Assembly: GCA_051859245.1 (NCBI GenBank)
Contig: JBHYGA010000001.1
Span: 992,001-1,056,000 of the forward strand
DNA: 64,000 bases
Source of the DNA: Gemmatimonadaceae bacterium
GTDB taxonomy: Bacteria > Gemmatimonadota > Gemmatimonadetes > Gemmatimonadales > Gemmatimonadaceae
Direction of reading: 5' to 3'
The notes beneath the pieces were generated by a model that did not search any database, was not told the DNA's origin, and was given only the letters and a program-made list of their open reading frames with translations. Numbering within the stretch: position 1 is the first letter of the stretch; each line of letters starts with the position of its first letter. Positions 1 through 8,883 of the stretch are shown here, piece by piece. Both the position numbers and the translations under genes were made by a program.

Positions 1-943
1 TCGTATCGAACTGCGCGAGCGTCTTGAGATGCGTGTTGTACACCTCGGCGCCCAGCGGGATGTATCCGGTCTCCGGCACGTACTCAAGCGAGTGTTCCAG
101 ATAGAATCGCACGAAGTCGCGCACCACTGAACGGTTCATGGACTTACGGCTGACATAAATGAGCAGGGGACGCGCCAGCGGCGAATAGGTGCCCGCCTGA
201 ATTGTTTCCGGCGTGGGCTGTACGCAGCCAGTACCAGGATCCACGGCGACACTCTTCAGGCGCGTTTTGTTTTCGGCGTAGTACGCGTAGCCAAAGAAGC
301 CGAGTGCATTGCGATCACCTTCCACGCCTTGCACCAATACGTTGTCGTCTTCACTCGCCGAAAAATCGTCGCGAATGGCGCCAACGCGGCCCATGATGGC
401 CTCGGTGAAATAATCAAACGTTCCGGAGTTCGTGCCCGCGCCGTACAGCTTGATCGGTTCGTTCGGCCACTCGGCGCGCACCTGCGACCAGCTGCTCACC
501 GTGCTACCGGGCTTCCAGATCTGCTCCAGCTCGGCCACCGTCAGACACTCAACAAAGGTGTTGCCGGGATTGACCGCCACGGTCAGTCCATCAATCGCAA
601 TGTTGAACTCGACGTACTCGACGCCGTTTTTTTCGCACAGTTCCCGTTCGCTCTTCTTGATGGGGCGCGATGCATTGCTGATGTCGCGCTCGCCCGCGCA
701 AAACGCCTTAAAGCCACCGCCGGTACCCGATGTCGCAATGGTGACGTTCACCTTCTCCGTGCTCGCGATCCCGAATTCTTCGGCCATCGCCTCGGTAATG
801 GGGTACACGGTGCTGGAACCGTCTACCGACACCGTGTAGCTGGCCGAGCCCGGGCCGCAGGCAACAAGCGTCGCTGCGGAGAGGACACACGCGACCGCGA
901 GTCGAGTCGCGGCCATCGATTGTCGAGCGGAGCGGAAATTCAT
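1..943 (-). CDS. pstS: PstS-family phosphate ABC transporter substrate-binding lipoprotein (PstS2/SphX-like), 3' end outside window
   Basis: Manual translation from ATG at 943: MNFRSARQSMAATRLAVACVLSAATLVAC (lipobox), then VDGSSTVYPITEAMAEEF and GTGGGFKRFC, typical of this SBP subfamily. Absent from the ORF track because it is truncated. Confidence 0.9.
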   Translation of the reverse strand, partial: MNFRSARQSMAATRLAVACVLSAATLVACGPGSASYTVSVDGSSTVYPITEAMAEEFGIASTEKVNVTIATSGTGGGFKAFCAGERDISNASRPIKKSERELCEKNGVEYVEFNIAIDGLTVAVNPGNTFVECLTVAELEQIWKPGSTVSSWSQVRAEWPNEPIKLYGAGTNSGTFDYFTEAIMGRVGAIRDDFSASEDDNVLVQGVEGDRNALGFFGYAYYAENKTRLKSVAVDPGTGCVQPTPETIQAGTYSPLARPLLIYVSRKSMNRSVVRDFVRFYLEHSLEYVPETGYIPLGAEVYNTHLKTLAQFDT

Positions 944-1011
944 GAGAGATCAAAAGATTCCTGTTGAGCGCACGGGCTCCACGCCCGTTGGCTCACACAA
1001 GCCAATCCACA

Positions 1012-1065
1012 AATATCGCCGCCCCGTACCCCGTCGGCCGATTGCTCATGTAACGAACCGGTAAT
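1012..1065 (-). promoter_or_regulatory. Putative Pho box and -10 element upstream of pstS
   Basis: TGTAACGAACCGGTAAT at 1049-1065 (11-bp spaced GTAAC/GTAAT) is 14/17 identical to 12696-12712. Coding-strand GATATT at 1017-1012 is in the same register as at three other sites. Confidence 0.6.
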
Positions 1066-1280
1066 CTCTCCTCGGCAGGGTACATCCCACCAGCCTGAAT
1101 GCGCGCAATTACCACAACTTTCCGACTCGGAGAACATCGGGTCCGTTTGCTGCCGAACGGTTTGTGCGTCCTTTCGATGCGCAGGCTCGACGCCGCGGGC
1201 TTCGACGGTGGTGACGGCCGCGCTATATCTAGCATGCGCCGGCGAGTCACACGACACGCAATCGCGAGGCGACGACCCAC

Positions 1281-3476
1281 TTGGAGAGCACGGACACCAG
1301 CATGATGCCCTATCTCAATCGCGAGCTCAGCTGGCTGGATTTCAACGGTCGGGTGCTGGCCGAGGCTGCTGATTCCCGCGTGCCGCTTCTGGAACGGCTG
1401 AAGTTTCTCGCGATCTTCAGTATGAATCTCGACGAGTTCTATATGGTGCGCGTGGCGGGCCTGCGACGCCGAGTGGCCGCCGGTGCCGGTGTGGAGCCTC
1501 CGGATGCCATGCCGCCGGTCGAGCAGCTCCTGGCCATTAACCAACGCGTGGCGGACCTGCTGGACCAGCGCCGTACACTCTTGCGCGATGAGTTGCTGCC
1601 GGCGCTCTCCCAGCATGGCATCCGCGTCGTCGGGATGAATGATCTGACCGCGTCGGAATGGTCACTCGTGGACCGGTTCTTCGAATCGCAGGTCTTCCCG
1701 GTACTGACGCCCTTGGCCGTCGATCCGGGGCACCCGTTTCCGTACATCTCCAATTTGTCGCTCTCGCTGGCCGTGCAGGTGCGCGATCCGGTCACCGGCG
1801 CCGAGCATTTTGCGCGCGTGAAAGTGCCGCGGTCCTTGTCGCGCTGGGTGCCGATCGGTCGCAAGCACCATTTTGTGCCGCTCGAAGAGGTGATTGGCGC
1901 CAATCTCGGCACACTGTTTCCCGGGATGGAAGTGGTCGGATGGCACACCTTCCGCATCACGCGCTACTCCGATCTTGACCTCGGTCAAATGGAGCAGCCT
2001 GAGGATTTGCTGGCCAGCATTGAGCAGCAGGTGTTTCAGCGTCGGTTCGGCGAAGTGGTGCGACTTGAAGTACAACGCGGCATGCCAGACGATATCCGCG
2101 AGCTGCTGCTGGAAGAGTTGGGCGCAGGTGAGCAGCAGGAGATCGCGCCGCTCACCGTGGAAGACGTGGATATGACGGATGAGTTGCTCGAGCTTGGCGA
2201 CTTCATGACGTTCGCTTCGCTTGATGTGCCGGAACTGCGCGACCCGCCATTCTCACCGCGCGTGCCAGACAAGTTGCGCGATGGACGCTCCATCTTTGAT
2301 GTCATTCGGGAACGCGATGTGCTCGTGCATCATCCGTTCGAGTCGTTCAGTGCCTCGGTCGAGCACTTCCTTGAGTCGGCGGCCGCCGATCCTCAGGTGC
2401 TGGCCATCAAGCTCACGCTCTATCGAACGAGCGGTGACACGGCCATTGTCCGCGCGCTCACGGAAGCGGCACAGCGCGGCAAGCAGGTGGCCGTGTTGAT
2501 CGAACTGCAAGCGCGATTTGATGAGCAGAACAACATCGCCTGGGCGCGCACGCTCGAAAGTTACGGCATTCACGTGGCGTACGGATTACCGGGGTTGAAG
2601 ACGCACGCCAAGACCGTTCTGGTTGTACGACGGGACGCCGACGGCATCCGTCGCTACGTGCACATCGGCACCGGCAACTACAACTCCAAGACGGCGCGCT
2701 TGTACACGGATATCGGGCTGCTCACTTGCAGTCCGTCAATTGGCGCCGATCTGAGTGACCTCTTCAACTCGCTCACCGGCGTCAGTCGTCAGAAGTTCTA
2801 TCGCAAGCTGCTTGTGGCGCCGGCAAACTTGCGCGAACGGACCGTGGAGTTGATCGCGCGTGAAGCGGAGCACGCACGCGCTGGCCGCGGTGGCCGCATC
2901 ATCGCAAAGATGAATGCGCTGGTTGATGCCGGAATTATTGCGTCGCTCTACAGCGCGTCGCAGGCTGGTGTGCAAATCGATCTGATCATTCGCGGCATTT
3001 GCTGCTTGCGTCCGGGCATCAAGGGACTGAGCGAGAATATTCGCGTGCGATCCATCATTGGTCGGTTTCTTGAACACTCGCGCGTGCTGCACGTGGCCAA
3101 CGACGGCCAGCCGGAGTACTACATCGGTTCGGCCGACTGGATGCCGCGTAACCTTGATCGTCGCGTTGAAGTGATGGTGCCAATCGAAGAGCCGTTGTTG
3201 CACCGACAGATTCGCGGCGTGCTCGATGTGTGTCTGCGCGACAATCGCCAGGCCTGGGAGCTGCAGGCCGATGGGACCTATGCGCGTCTGTTCCCCGGTG
3301 GAGAAGCGGAGCGGTCAACGCAGCTACATCTCATGCGCGATCCGTGGGGACTCGATGGTGACGGCAGCGACTCCGAAGTTCACATTCCGGACAGTGAACC
3401 GTCGGCTACCGTGCCGGACGGCGGGCGACTCGGTCGCAAGAGCGGAAAACGGAGCAAGTCCTCGAAGCGGGGGTGA
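1281..3476 (+). CDS. ppk1: Polyphosphate kinase 1
   Basis: NRELSWLDFN, NLDEFYMVRVAGL, HHPFESF, ARFDEQNN, KTHAK, IGTGNYN, RFLEHSR, SADWMPRNLDRRVE. Start could be ATG 1302. Confidence 0.97.
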   Translation: MESTDTSMMPYLNRELSWLDFNGRVLAEAADSRVPLLERLKFLAIFSMNLDEFYMVRVAGLRRRVAAGAGVEPPDAMPPVEQLLAINQRVADLLDQRRTLLRDELLPALSQHGIRVVGMNDLTASEWSLVDRFFESQVFPVLTPLAVDPGHPFPYISNLSLSLAVQVRDPVTGAEHFARVKVPRSLSRWVPIGRKHHFVPLEEVIGANLGTLFPGMEVVGWHTFRITRYSDLDLGQMEQPEDLLASIEQQVFQRRFGEVVRLEVQRGMPDDIRELLLEELGAGEQQEIAPLTVEDVDMTDELLELGDFMTFASLDVPELRDPPFSPRVPDKLRDGRSIFDVIRERDVLVHHPFESFSASVEHFLESAAADPQVLAIKLTLYRTSGDTAIVRALTEAAQRGKQVAVLIELQARFDEQNNIAWARTLESYGIHVAYGLPGLKTHAKTVLVVRRDADGIRRYVHIGTGNYNSKTARLYTDIGLLTCSPSIGADLSDLFNSLTGVSRQKFYRKLLVAPANLRERTVELIAREAEHARAGRGGRIIAKMNALVDAGIIASLYSASQAGVQIDLIIRGICCLRPGIKGLSENIRVRSIIGRFLEHSRVLHVANDGQPEYYIGSADWMPRNLDRRVEVMVPIEEPLLHRQIRGVLDVCLRDNRQAWELQADGTYARLFPGGEAERSTQLHLMRDPWGLDGDGSDSEVHIPDSEPSATVPDGGRLGRKSGKRSKSSKRG

Positions 3477-5060
3477 CTACTCCCCTTCGTCGGCCGACGT
3501 GACCACCACGGTACCATCCGGCGCGACGACTTCGATGGGGTGACCGGCGACCAGCTCCAGCAACTGTCGCTTGCGACTCGCGCCCCACAGCTCGAGTCGC
3601 ACGGTCAGTGCACCCTCGGTTGGGACCGCCTTCACACGAATCGCGCGCTCCGTCCATCGCACTTCGAGATGGTCAACCGCACCCACGTGGCCGCGATCAA
3701 ACCCATCGGCAAAGCGGAGAATCGCCGACAGCTTGACGATGCGATTGCGAAGCACACGATCAAGCTGCGCAAACGCCCGATGCTTTCGCTTGGGCGTGGC
3801 TCCGCGATGGTAACGCGCCACATGCGCAATCGCGATCTGCTCCGCCGGTGTCATGCCCAGCAGTTCGGCGTGTGAAATCAGATGGTACGAATGCTTGTGG
3901 TGATTCTCGTAGTTGATGTGGTAACCCACATCGTGCAGCAGGGCCGCGTCGGCGAGAATCTGCCGATCCACGGCGTTAAGTCGCAGGCGCGGCGCCAGTT
4001 TGTCGAACAACTGAAGGGCGAGCTTGCGCACCTGTTTGGAATGCGGCACTTCGTAGTGACAGCGCTCCGCAAACTCGCGCACCGAGCGTTCACGTGCGTC
4101 GCCCGGATCGGCGATCACCGGCTGCACACGCGCGGATTCAAGCAGCAGTCCTTCCCGAATTCCGTACCCCGACACGAGCAGATCGCGCGGATCGAATCGC
4201 GCCAACACTTCGGCCGCCACGCTGAGACCAGCCACGATGATGTCGGCACGCGCCGGATTCAGTCCCGGCACGGTGGCGCGCTCTTCCGGCGACAACCGCT
4301 GCAGCCAGTCGAGCACATGCTCCAGTTCAACACGCGTAATGCGTGTGCCGTGCGTCGAGCGCGCCGTCACACCGGCCCGCTGCAACACAATGCCGGCAAG
4401 ATTGGTAAACGTGCCGCCGGATCCGATGACCTGTGCACCGCGCCAGTCCTTGACCGGCATGGCTTTGCGTAAGCCATCGCGCACGTGGTCACGCAATGCA
4501 CGCACCGCACGCGGACGTACGTCCGGTGTGAGAAAACGCTCCGTCAGTCGAACCGCGCCAAACGGTAACGATGCCACGCGCTCGATCAAACCATCTTTGG
4601 CAAGCACGAGTTCGAGCGAGCCGCCGCCGATGTCCATGACAAGCGAGCGACCTGAGCCAAGCTCAAAATGTCCGAGCGCACTCCGAAAGCAGAGCAGCGC
4701 CTCTTCTTCACCAGAGAGCACCCGCACCGCAATGCCAGTGTCTTCAAGCACCCGATTGGTAAACTCGGCCGCATTCGACGCGTCGCGAACGGCACTGGTG
4801 GCCACGATTTCAATGCGTTCGGCACTGAGCTGACGCGCCAGCGTGACCATGCGCTGCACCGACGACACACCAATGTCGATGGCCGCGCTGCTCAACGCTC
4901 CCGTTGCCTCAAGCCCTTCGCCCAGTCGTGGCATGGCCTTCATTTCGTCGACCACCCGAATCTGACCGGTGGGCGAGACGTCGGCCACGATTTGTCGGAT
5001 GGAGTTCGACCCGATGTCGATAGCGGCAATGCGTTGGTGCGGCGCGACGGGTTCAGTCAT
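3477..5060 (-). CDS. ppx: Exopolyphosphatase Ppx/GppA with C-terminal HD-like domain
   Basis: AAIDIGSNSIR, ATSAVRDASN, DIGGGSLE, GSGGT, GIREG, LLHDVG. Abuts the ppk1 stop with zero gap; start overlaps the arsA stop (ATGA). Confidence 0.95.
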   Translation of the reverse strand: MTEPVAPHQRIAAIDIGSNSIRQIVADVSPTGQIRVVDEMKAMPRLGEGLEATGALSSAAIDIGVSSVQRMVTLARQLSAERIEIVATSAVRDASNAAEFTNRVLEDTGIAVRVLSGEEEALLCFRSALGHFELGSGRSLVMDIGGGSLELVLAKDGLIERVASLPFGAVRLTERFLTPDVRPRAVRALRDHVRDGLRKAMPVKDWRGAQVIGSGGTFTNLAGIVLQRAGVTARSTHGTRITRVELEHVLDWLQRLSPEERATVPGLNPARADIIVAGLSVAAEVLARFDPRDLLVSGYGIREGLLLESARVQPVIADPGDARERSVREFAERCHYEVPHSKQVRKLALQLFDKLAPRLRLNAVDRQILADAALLHDVGYHINYENHHKHSYHLISHAELLGMTPAEQIAIAHVARYHRGATPKRKHRAFAQLDRVLRNRIVKLSAILRFADGFDRGHVGAVDHLEVRWTERAIRVKAVPTEGALTVRLELWGASRKRQLLELVAGHPIEVVAPDGTVVVTSADEGE

Positions 5061-6949
5061 GCATGCAAAGCTAGCGCACCGGGGGAGGGGGGAGGAGCAC
5101 CCGCGTCACCACCAGGCGTATCACTCTTCGCCACATCCGACTCGCCCACCAGTGCCTGCCACGGCAGCCCCCAGGTGCGCGTGCTGGCACGTGCCACCCG
5201 CGCAAGCGGACCCGCTTCTTGATCAGCGCGCGCCCGCAGTAGCGGATGCTGCACGTTCGTCTGTGACAAAAGTCCGTTCACCACCCAGCCGTACGGTGTG
5301 ATTCCGGCGCGCGCGAGATCTTCCACCAACCGTTCCGCCTCGGCCACCGGAGTAAACTCTGCAAGCGTGACCACCAGAACACGCGTAAACGCCGGGTCGC
5401 GAAGTCGCGGCAGCAACGCGGCGACCTCGGGAGGCACCGCGCCCGTGCTTTTGGCCACCTCGCGATGATACGCCTGGGCCGCATCGAGCAACAGAATCGT
5501 GTGCCCGGTAGGCGCCGTATCAAGTACGACAAACGCATTCTGCGCGTCGGCGAGTATGCGTGCGAAGGCGCGAAACACGGCGATCTCTTCGGTACACGGC
5601 GAACGCAGATCTTCCGCGAGCAGCTCACGTTCGTGTGCGTCGAGTGGACCAGCGGCGCGCATGACTTCATCCGTATACGCGGCGATCTCTGCGGCCGCAT
5701 CGATGCGCGATACGCGCAGTGCGGGAGACGAGTTTGCAAACGCAAAATCCACACCCGCAGGATCGGTGGTCGACAAGTGTACCGGCAAACCGCGTTCCGC
5801 GAGCGCGAGTGCAATGCGACGCGCGACGGTTGTTTTCCCCACACCACCTTTGCCCATGGTGAGAATCGCACCGTGCGATTCGCACGCGAGTGACGCGATC
5901 AAATCGTCAAACGAGGCGAGTGAGGCGTGTGCTGGGTCCGGTGCCTCGAGCGCTGGTCCGACTGTTGCGTGATCCTGCCCACTCGTCGCCGCATCAATCG
6001 CCGCGTCAATCGATTCACCCGACGCGAGTGCTCGCAGCGCGTCGAGTCCCGTCAGATCGCCAGTCAGCATTGGAACGGTGAGGCGCGGCAACGTGGCGAT
6101 GTCCGCAGGCATCTGTTCGAGTGCGCTACGCTGCCGAGCGTACCACGCGCGTGTGACCGCGTCGACTTCGGTTGCATCCACGCTCTTTCCGTTCGCATCG
6201 CTTCGCTCCGGCAACACCGCATTCAGCACGAGTCGCTGGTGCGCCAACCCGATGGCGCGCAGTTCAACGCTGGCACGCGCCGCCTCGAGCAGTGGCGCGT
6301 GGTCGGCGCGCGATACAATCACCACGGTGGTTAGCGCGCCATCAGACAGTGCCCGCACCGCCTCCGCATATCGTGCGCGTTGTTGTTCAAGTCCGGCGAG
6401 TGGTCCAAGACAGCTTGCGCCATTCTCCGCCGATCCAAGAAATCCAGTCCACGCTGCGGGCAGCGCGAGCAATCGCAGTGTGTGTCCGGTGGGCGCGGTG
6501 TCGAACACCACGCGATCAAACTGCGCGAGCAGGGCGGGATCGGTGAGCAATGCAGTGAACTCATCAAACGCCGCGATCTCCACCGTGCATGCGCCGGAGA
6601 GCTGTTCTTCCATTTGCTGCAGCGCCGATGCCGGCAACACGCCGCGATAGGGTGTCACGATGCGTTCGCGGTACGCGGCGGCGGCGGCCACTGGATCGAT
6701 GTCCAGCAAGCTCAGCGCGGGAAGCCCTGCGAGCGGGGTCGGGACCGACTTGTCGACGCGGCCGAACAGATCGCCGAGGTTCGACGCGGGGTCCGTGCTG
6801 ACCAGCAGCGTGCGTTCACCGCGTTCTGCGAGCGCTACGGCTATCGCACAGGCGGTGGTGGTTTTGCCAACGCCCCCCTTGCCGGTGAAAAACGAAAAGC
6901 GCGTGGTGAGTTCGAGTCGAGTGGCGAAATCGCCGAGGGCGGAGTTCAC
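5057..6949 (-). CDS. arsA: Arsenical pump-driving ATPase ArsA
   Basis: Two GKGGVGKT P-loops, two DTAPTGH signatures, metalloid ligands SGACT, ASCLGP and RSPCTEE. Confidence 0.95.
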   Translation of the reverse strand: MNSALGDFATRLELTTRFSFFTGKGGVGKTTTACAIAVALAERGERTLLVSTDPASNLGDLFGRVDKSVPTPLAGLPALSLLDIDPVAAAAAYRERIVTPYRGVLPASALQQMEEQLSGACTVEIAAFDEFTALLTDPALLAQFDRVVFDTAPTGHTLRLLALPAAWTGFLGSAENGASCLGPLAGLEQQRARYAEAVRALSDGALTTVVIVSRADHAPLLEAARASVELRAIGLAHQRLVLNAVLPERSDANGKSVDATEVDAVTRAWYARQRSALEQMPADIATLPRLTVPMLTGDLTGLDALRALASGESIDAAIDAATSGQDHATVGPALEAPDPAHASLASFDDLIASLACESHGAILTMGKGGVGKTTVARRIALALAERGLPVHLSTTDPAGVDFAFANSSPALRVSRIDAAAEIAAYTDEVMRAAGPLDAHERELLAEDLRSPCTEEIAVFRAFARILADAQNAFVVLDTAPTGHTILLLDAAQAYHREVAKSTGAVPPEVAALLPRLRDPAFTRVLVVTLAEFTPVAEAERLVEDLARAGITPYGWVVNGLLSQTNVQHPLLRARADQEAGPLARVARASTRTWGLPWQALVGESDVAKSDTPGGDAGAPPPSPGALALHA

Positions 6950-7362
6950 GCAATGACCTTGTGTTGTGCAGTGCCGAGTGCGTGAAGCAGCTCAGCGCGC
7001 GTGGCGTGCCGTCCGGTCACCAGGAGCGCGCCATTCACCCACGTGGCGGGCAAGGCCTCAACGCCGCCCTCCTGCAACAGCGTGCGGGCCGGAGCGAAGG
7101 CCACGAACGCGCCGGCATCGGTGCCCAGATTGTGGCGGACCACATCAACGCCCTGCGCGGCGAGCCATCGCAGATCTCGCGCTGCGTCAAGCAGCGACGT
7201 GTCGACGGCGGGTCCGCAGACGCCTGTTTCGCAACACATCGCCGGGTCGAACACGCGGACCGTTCCCTTGAGCATGCGCTCGGTGCCGACCGCGTCATCG
7301 GTGGCCGCGTTGGATGCGTTCGGGGCAGGATCGGACAGTTGCGGCAGTGATCGTGCGGCCAT
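6946..7362 (-). CDS. arsD: Arsenite metallochaperone ArsD
   Basis: FDPAMCCETGVCGP (CCxxxxC), RHNL, LP.TWVNG. GGAG RBS precedes ATG 7362; 4-nt overlap with arsA. Confidence 0.92.
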   Translation of the reverse strand: MAARSLPQLSDPAPNASNAATDDAVGTERMLKGTVRVFDPAMCCETGVCGPAVDTSLLDAARDLRWLAAQGVDVVRHNLGTDAGAFVAFAPARTLLQEGGVEALPATWVNGALLVTGRHATRAELLHALGTAQHKVIA

Positions 7363-7398
7363 GTTACGCTCCAGGAGTTGCATTGAACTTGCTTAGCG

Positions 7399-7427
7399 AT
7401 ATTATATCTGTATATGGAGAATATATG
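7399..7427. promoter_or_regulatory. Divergent arsD/arsR promoter with probable ArsR operator
   Basis: AT-rich patch in GC-rich DNA; perfect TATAAT on the minus strand at 7406-7401; imperfect inverted repeat TATAT-N13-ATATA at 7403-7425 overlapping the arsR start. Confidence 0.5.
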
Positions 7428-7823
7428 CGCTTAACCGAATATGCAACGCCCATTGACGCACAGACCGTCGCTGCCGACGCCGCCCAGTGTGCGGATCGAG
7501 CGGCTGGCCTCGCCGACCCCACGCGCGTGCGCATTCTCAACTTGCTCGCCACTGGCGAGCTTTGCGTGTGCGACTTGGTGTCGGTGCTCGAACTGCCGCA
7601 GCCGCTGGTCTCCCGCCATCTGGCGTATTTGCGGCGGAGCGGTTGGGTTGAGGCCACCCGCGGCCCACGATTGGCGCACTACCGGCTCTTGCCGGCTGCC
7701 GACGCGTCGCACGAGGCGCTGCTGGCCTGGATTCGCGACGCGCTTCCGTCCATGACGGGACTACAGGCGGAGCGCGAAGCCGGCGCGATTGCCTGCGAGG
7801 CGCGGCGGTCGAGTCCGTGCTGA
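7425..7823 (+). CDS. arsR: ArsR/SmtB-family arsenite-responsive repressor
   Basis: LADPTRVRILNLL, ELCVCDL metal-binding box, SRHLAYLR HTH; GGAGA RBS. Confidence 0.92.
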   Translation: MRLTEYATPIDAQTVAADAAQCADRAAGLADPTRVRILNLLATGELCVCDLVSVLELPQPLVSRHLAYLRRSGWVEATRGPRLAHYRLLPAADASHEALLAWIRDALPSMTGLQAEREAGAIACEARRSSPC

Positions 7824-7875
7824 GCGTTGCAAAGCTCCGTTCGTTTGCATCGCGCACACATTCAGCCCCAGGCGC

Positions 7876-8631
7876 ATGATCAGCGTTGTTCTGTTGTCCG
7901 ATGTGCACGCCAATATTGAAGCGCTCGACGCTGTGCTCGCTCACGCACGTGAACACGCACCGCACGCTGCGCGGTATCATCTGGGGGACCTGGTTGGCTA
8001 CTCAGCCAATCCCAACGAGGTCATCGCACGCGTTGACGCCGAACACATTGCGGGCGTTGCCGGCAACTACGATAGCACCGTCGCGCACGGCTACAAGCAT
8101 TGCGGCTGTCGTTCAGAAAATGCGCGGCAGGAAGCACTGGCGCATGAGAGTTATGCGTGGACGCTTGCGAATACGAGCCAGGAGAACAAAGCCCGACTCG
8201 CAGCCCTTCCGTTTCGCCTTGACGTGCGTCCACTCGGTGGACACACACCGGGTCCGCGTTTTGTGCTGCTGCATGCGCACAGCACAAGCAACCTGATTTA
8301 TGTGACCGAAGATCGCACCGATGATTTCCTGCGTAAACTCGGCGAGTCGGTGGATGCGAAGTCGGGCGATCTTGTCGCCTTCGGCCACACGCACAAGCCG
8401 TGGCATCGTGTGGTTGACGGCGTGCACTTTGTAAACACGGGGAGTGTTGGTCGGCCAAAGGATCACGATCCGCGCGCTGGTTATGTGCGCGTGGATGTGG
8501 CGGCCGATGGATCAATCGCCGTGCATGTCGTGCGCGTTGCGTACGATGTGGAGCAGGCTGCGGAGAAAGTGGTTGCGGCGGGGCTGCCAACGGAGTTCGC
8601 AGATTTTCTGCGGACGGGCGGGCGGGGGTAG
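7876..8631 (+). CDS. Calcineurin-like metallophosphoesterase (YfcE/PPP-like), arsenic-cassette associated
   Basis: SDVHAN, LGDLVGY, GNYD, FGHTH, NTGSVG motifs; extra HCGC insert. Confidence 0.85.
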   Translation: MISVVLLSDVHANIEALDAVLAHAREHAPHAARYHLGDLVGYSANPNEVIARVDAEHIAGVAGNYDSTVAHGYKHCGCRSENARQEALAHESYAWTLANTSQENKARLAALPFRLDVRPLGGHTPGPRFVLLHAHSTSNLIYVTEDRTDDFLRKLGESVDAKSGDLVAFGHTHKPWHRVVDGVHFVNTGSVGRPKDHDPRAGYVRVDVAADGSIAVHVVRVAYDVEQAAEKVVAAGLPTEFADFLRTGGRG

Positions 8632-8637
8632 GAGTTG

Positions 8638-8883
8638 GTTGCGGTTCCCGATTCGGTCATTCGGCCCAGTAGCAGGAGCCCAGGGCCATCCGGCCATTCG
8701 GCCTCGCAGTTTCGTAGAGCGGCACAAAGCGATGATCTGCTTTCTCGCATCGCAATCTCTGGCGGGACCCCGAAAAGCGCAGCGCCGCTTATGAGTGCGG
8801 CCTTTCGAAACGATCGAGGCCGAAACGCCAAACGGCCTTGGGCTCCTGCTACTGGGCCGAATAACCGAATCGGGAACTGCAAC
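8638..8883. repeat. Palindromic intergenic element copy 1 (MITE/REP-like; ~77-bp inverted arms)
   Basis: 8638-8714 GTTGCGGTTCCCGATTCGGTCATTCGGCCCAGTAGCAGGAGCCC... is the near reverse complement of 8806-8883; second copy at 15690-15921. Confidence 0.85.

Noticed and set aside
993..1280. ORFs in the pstS-ppk1 intergenic region
   Set aside because: No recognisable protein features; the region holds divergent promoters
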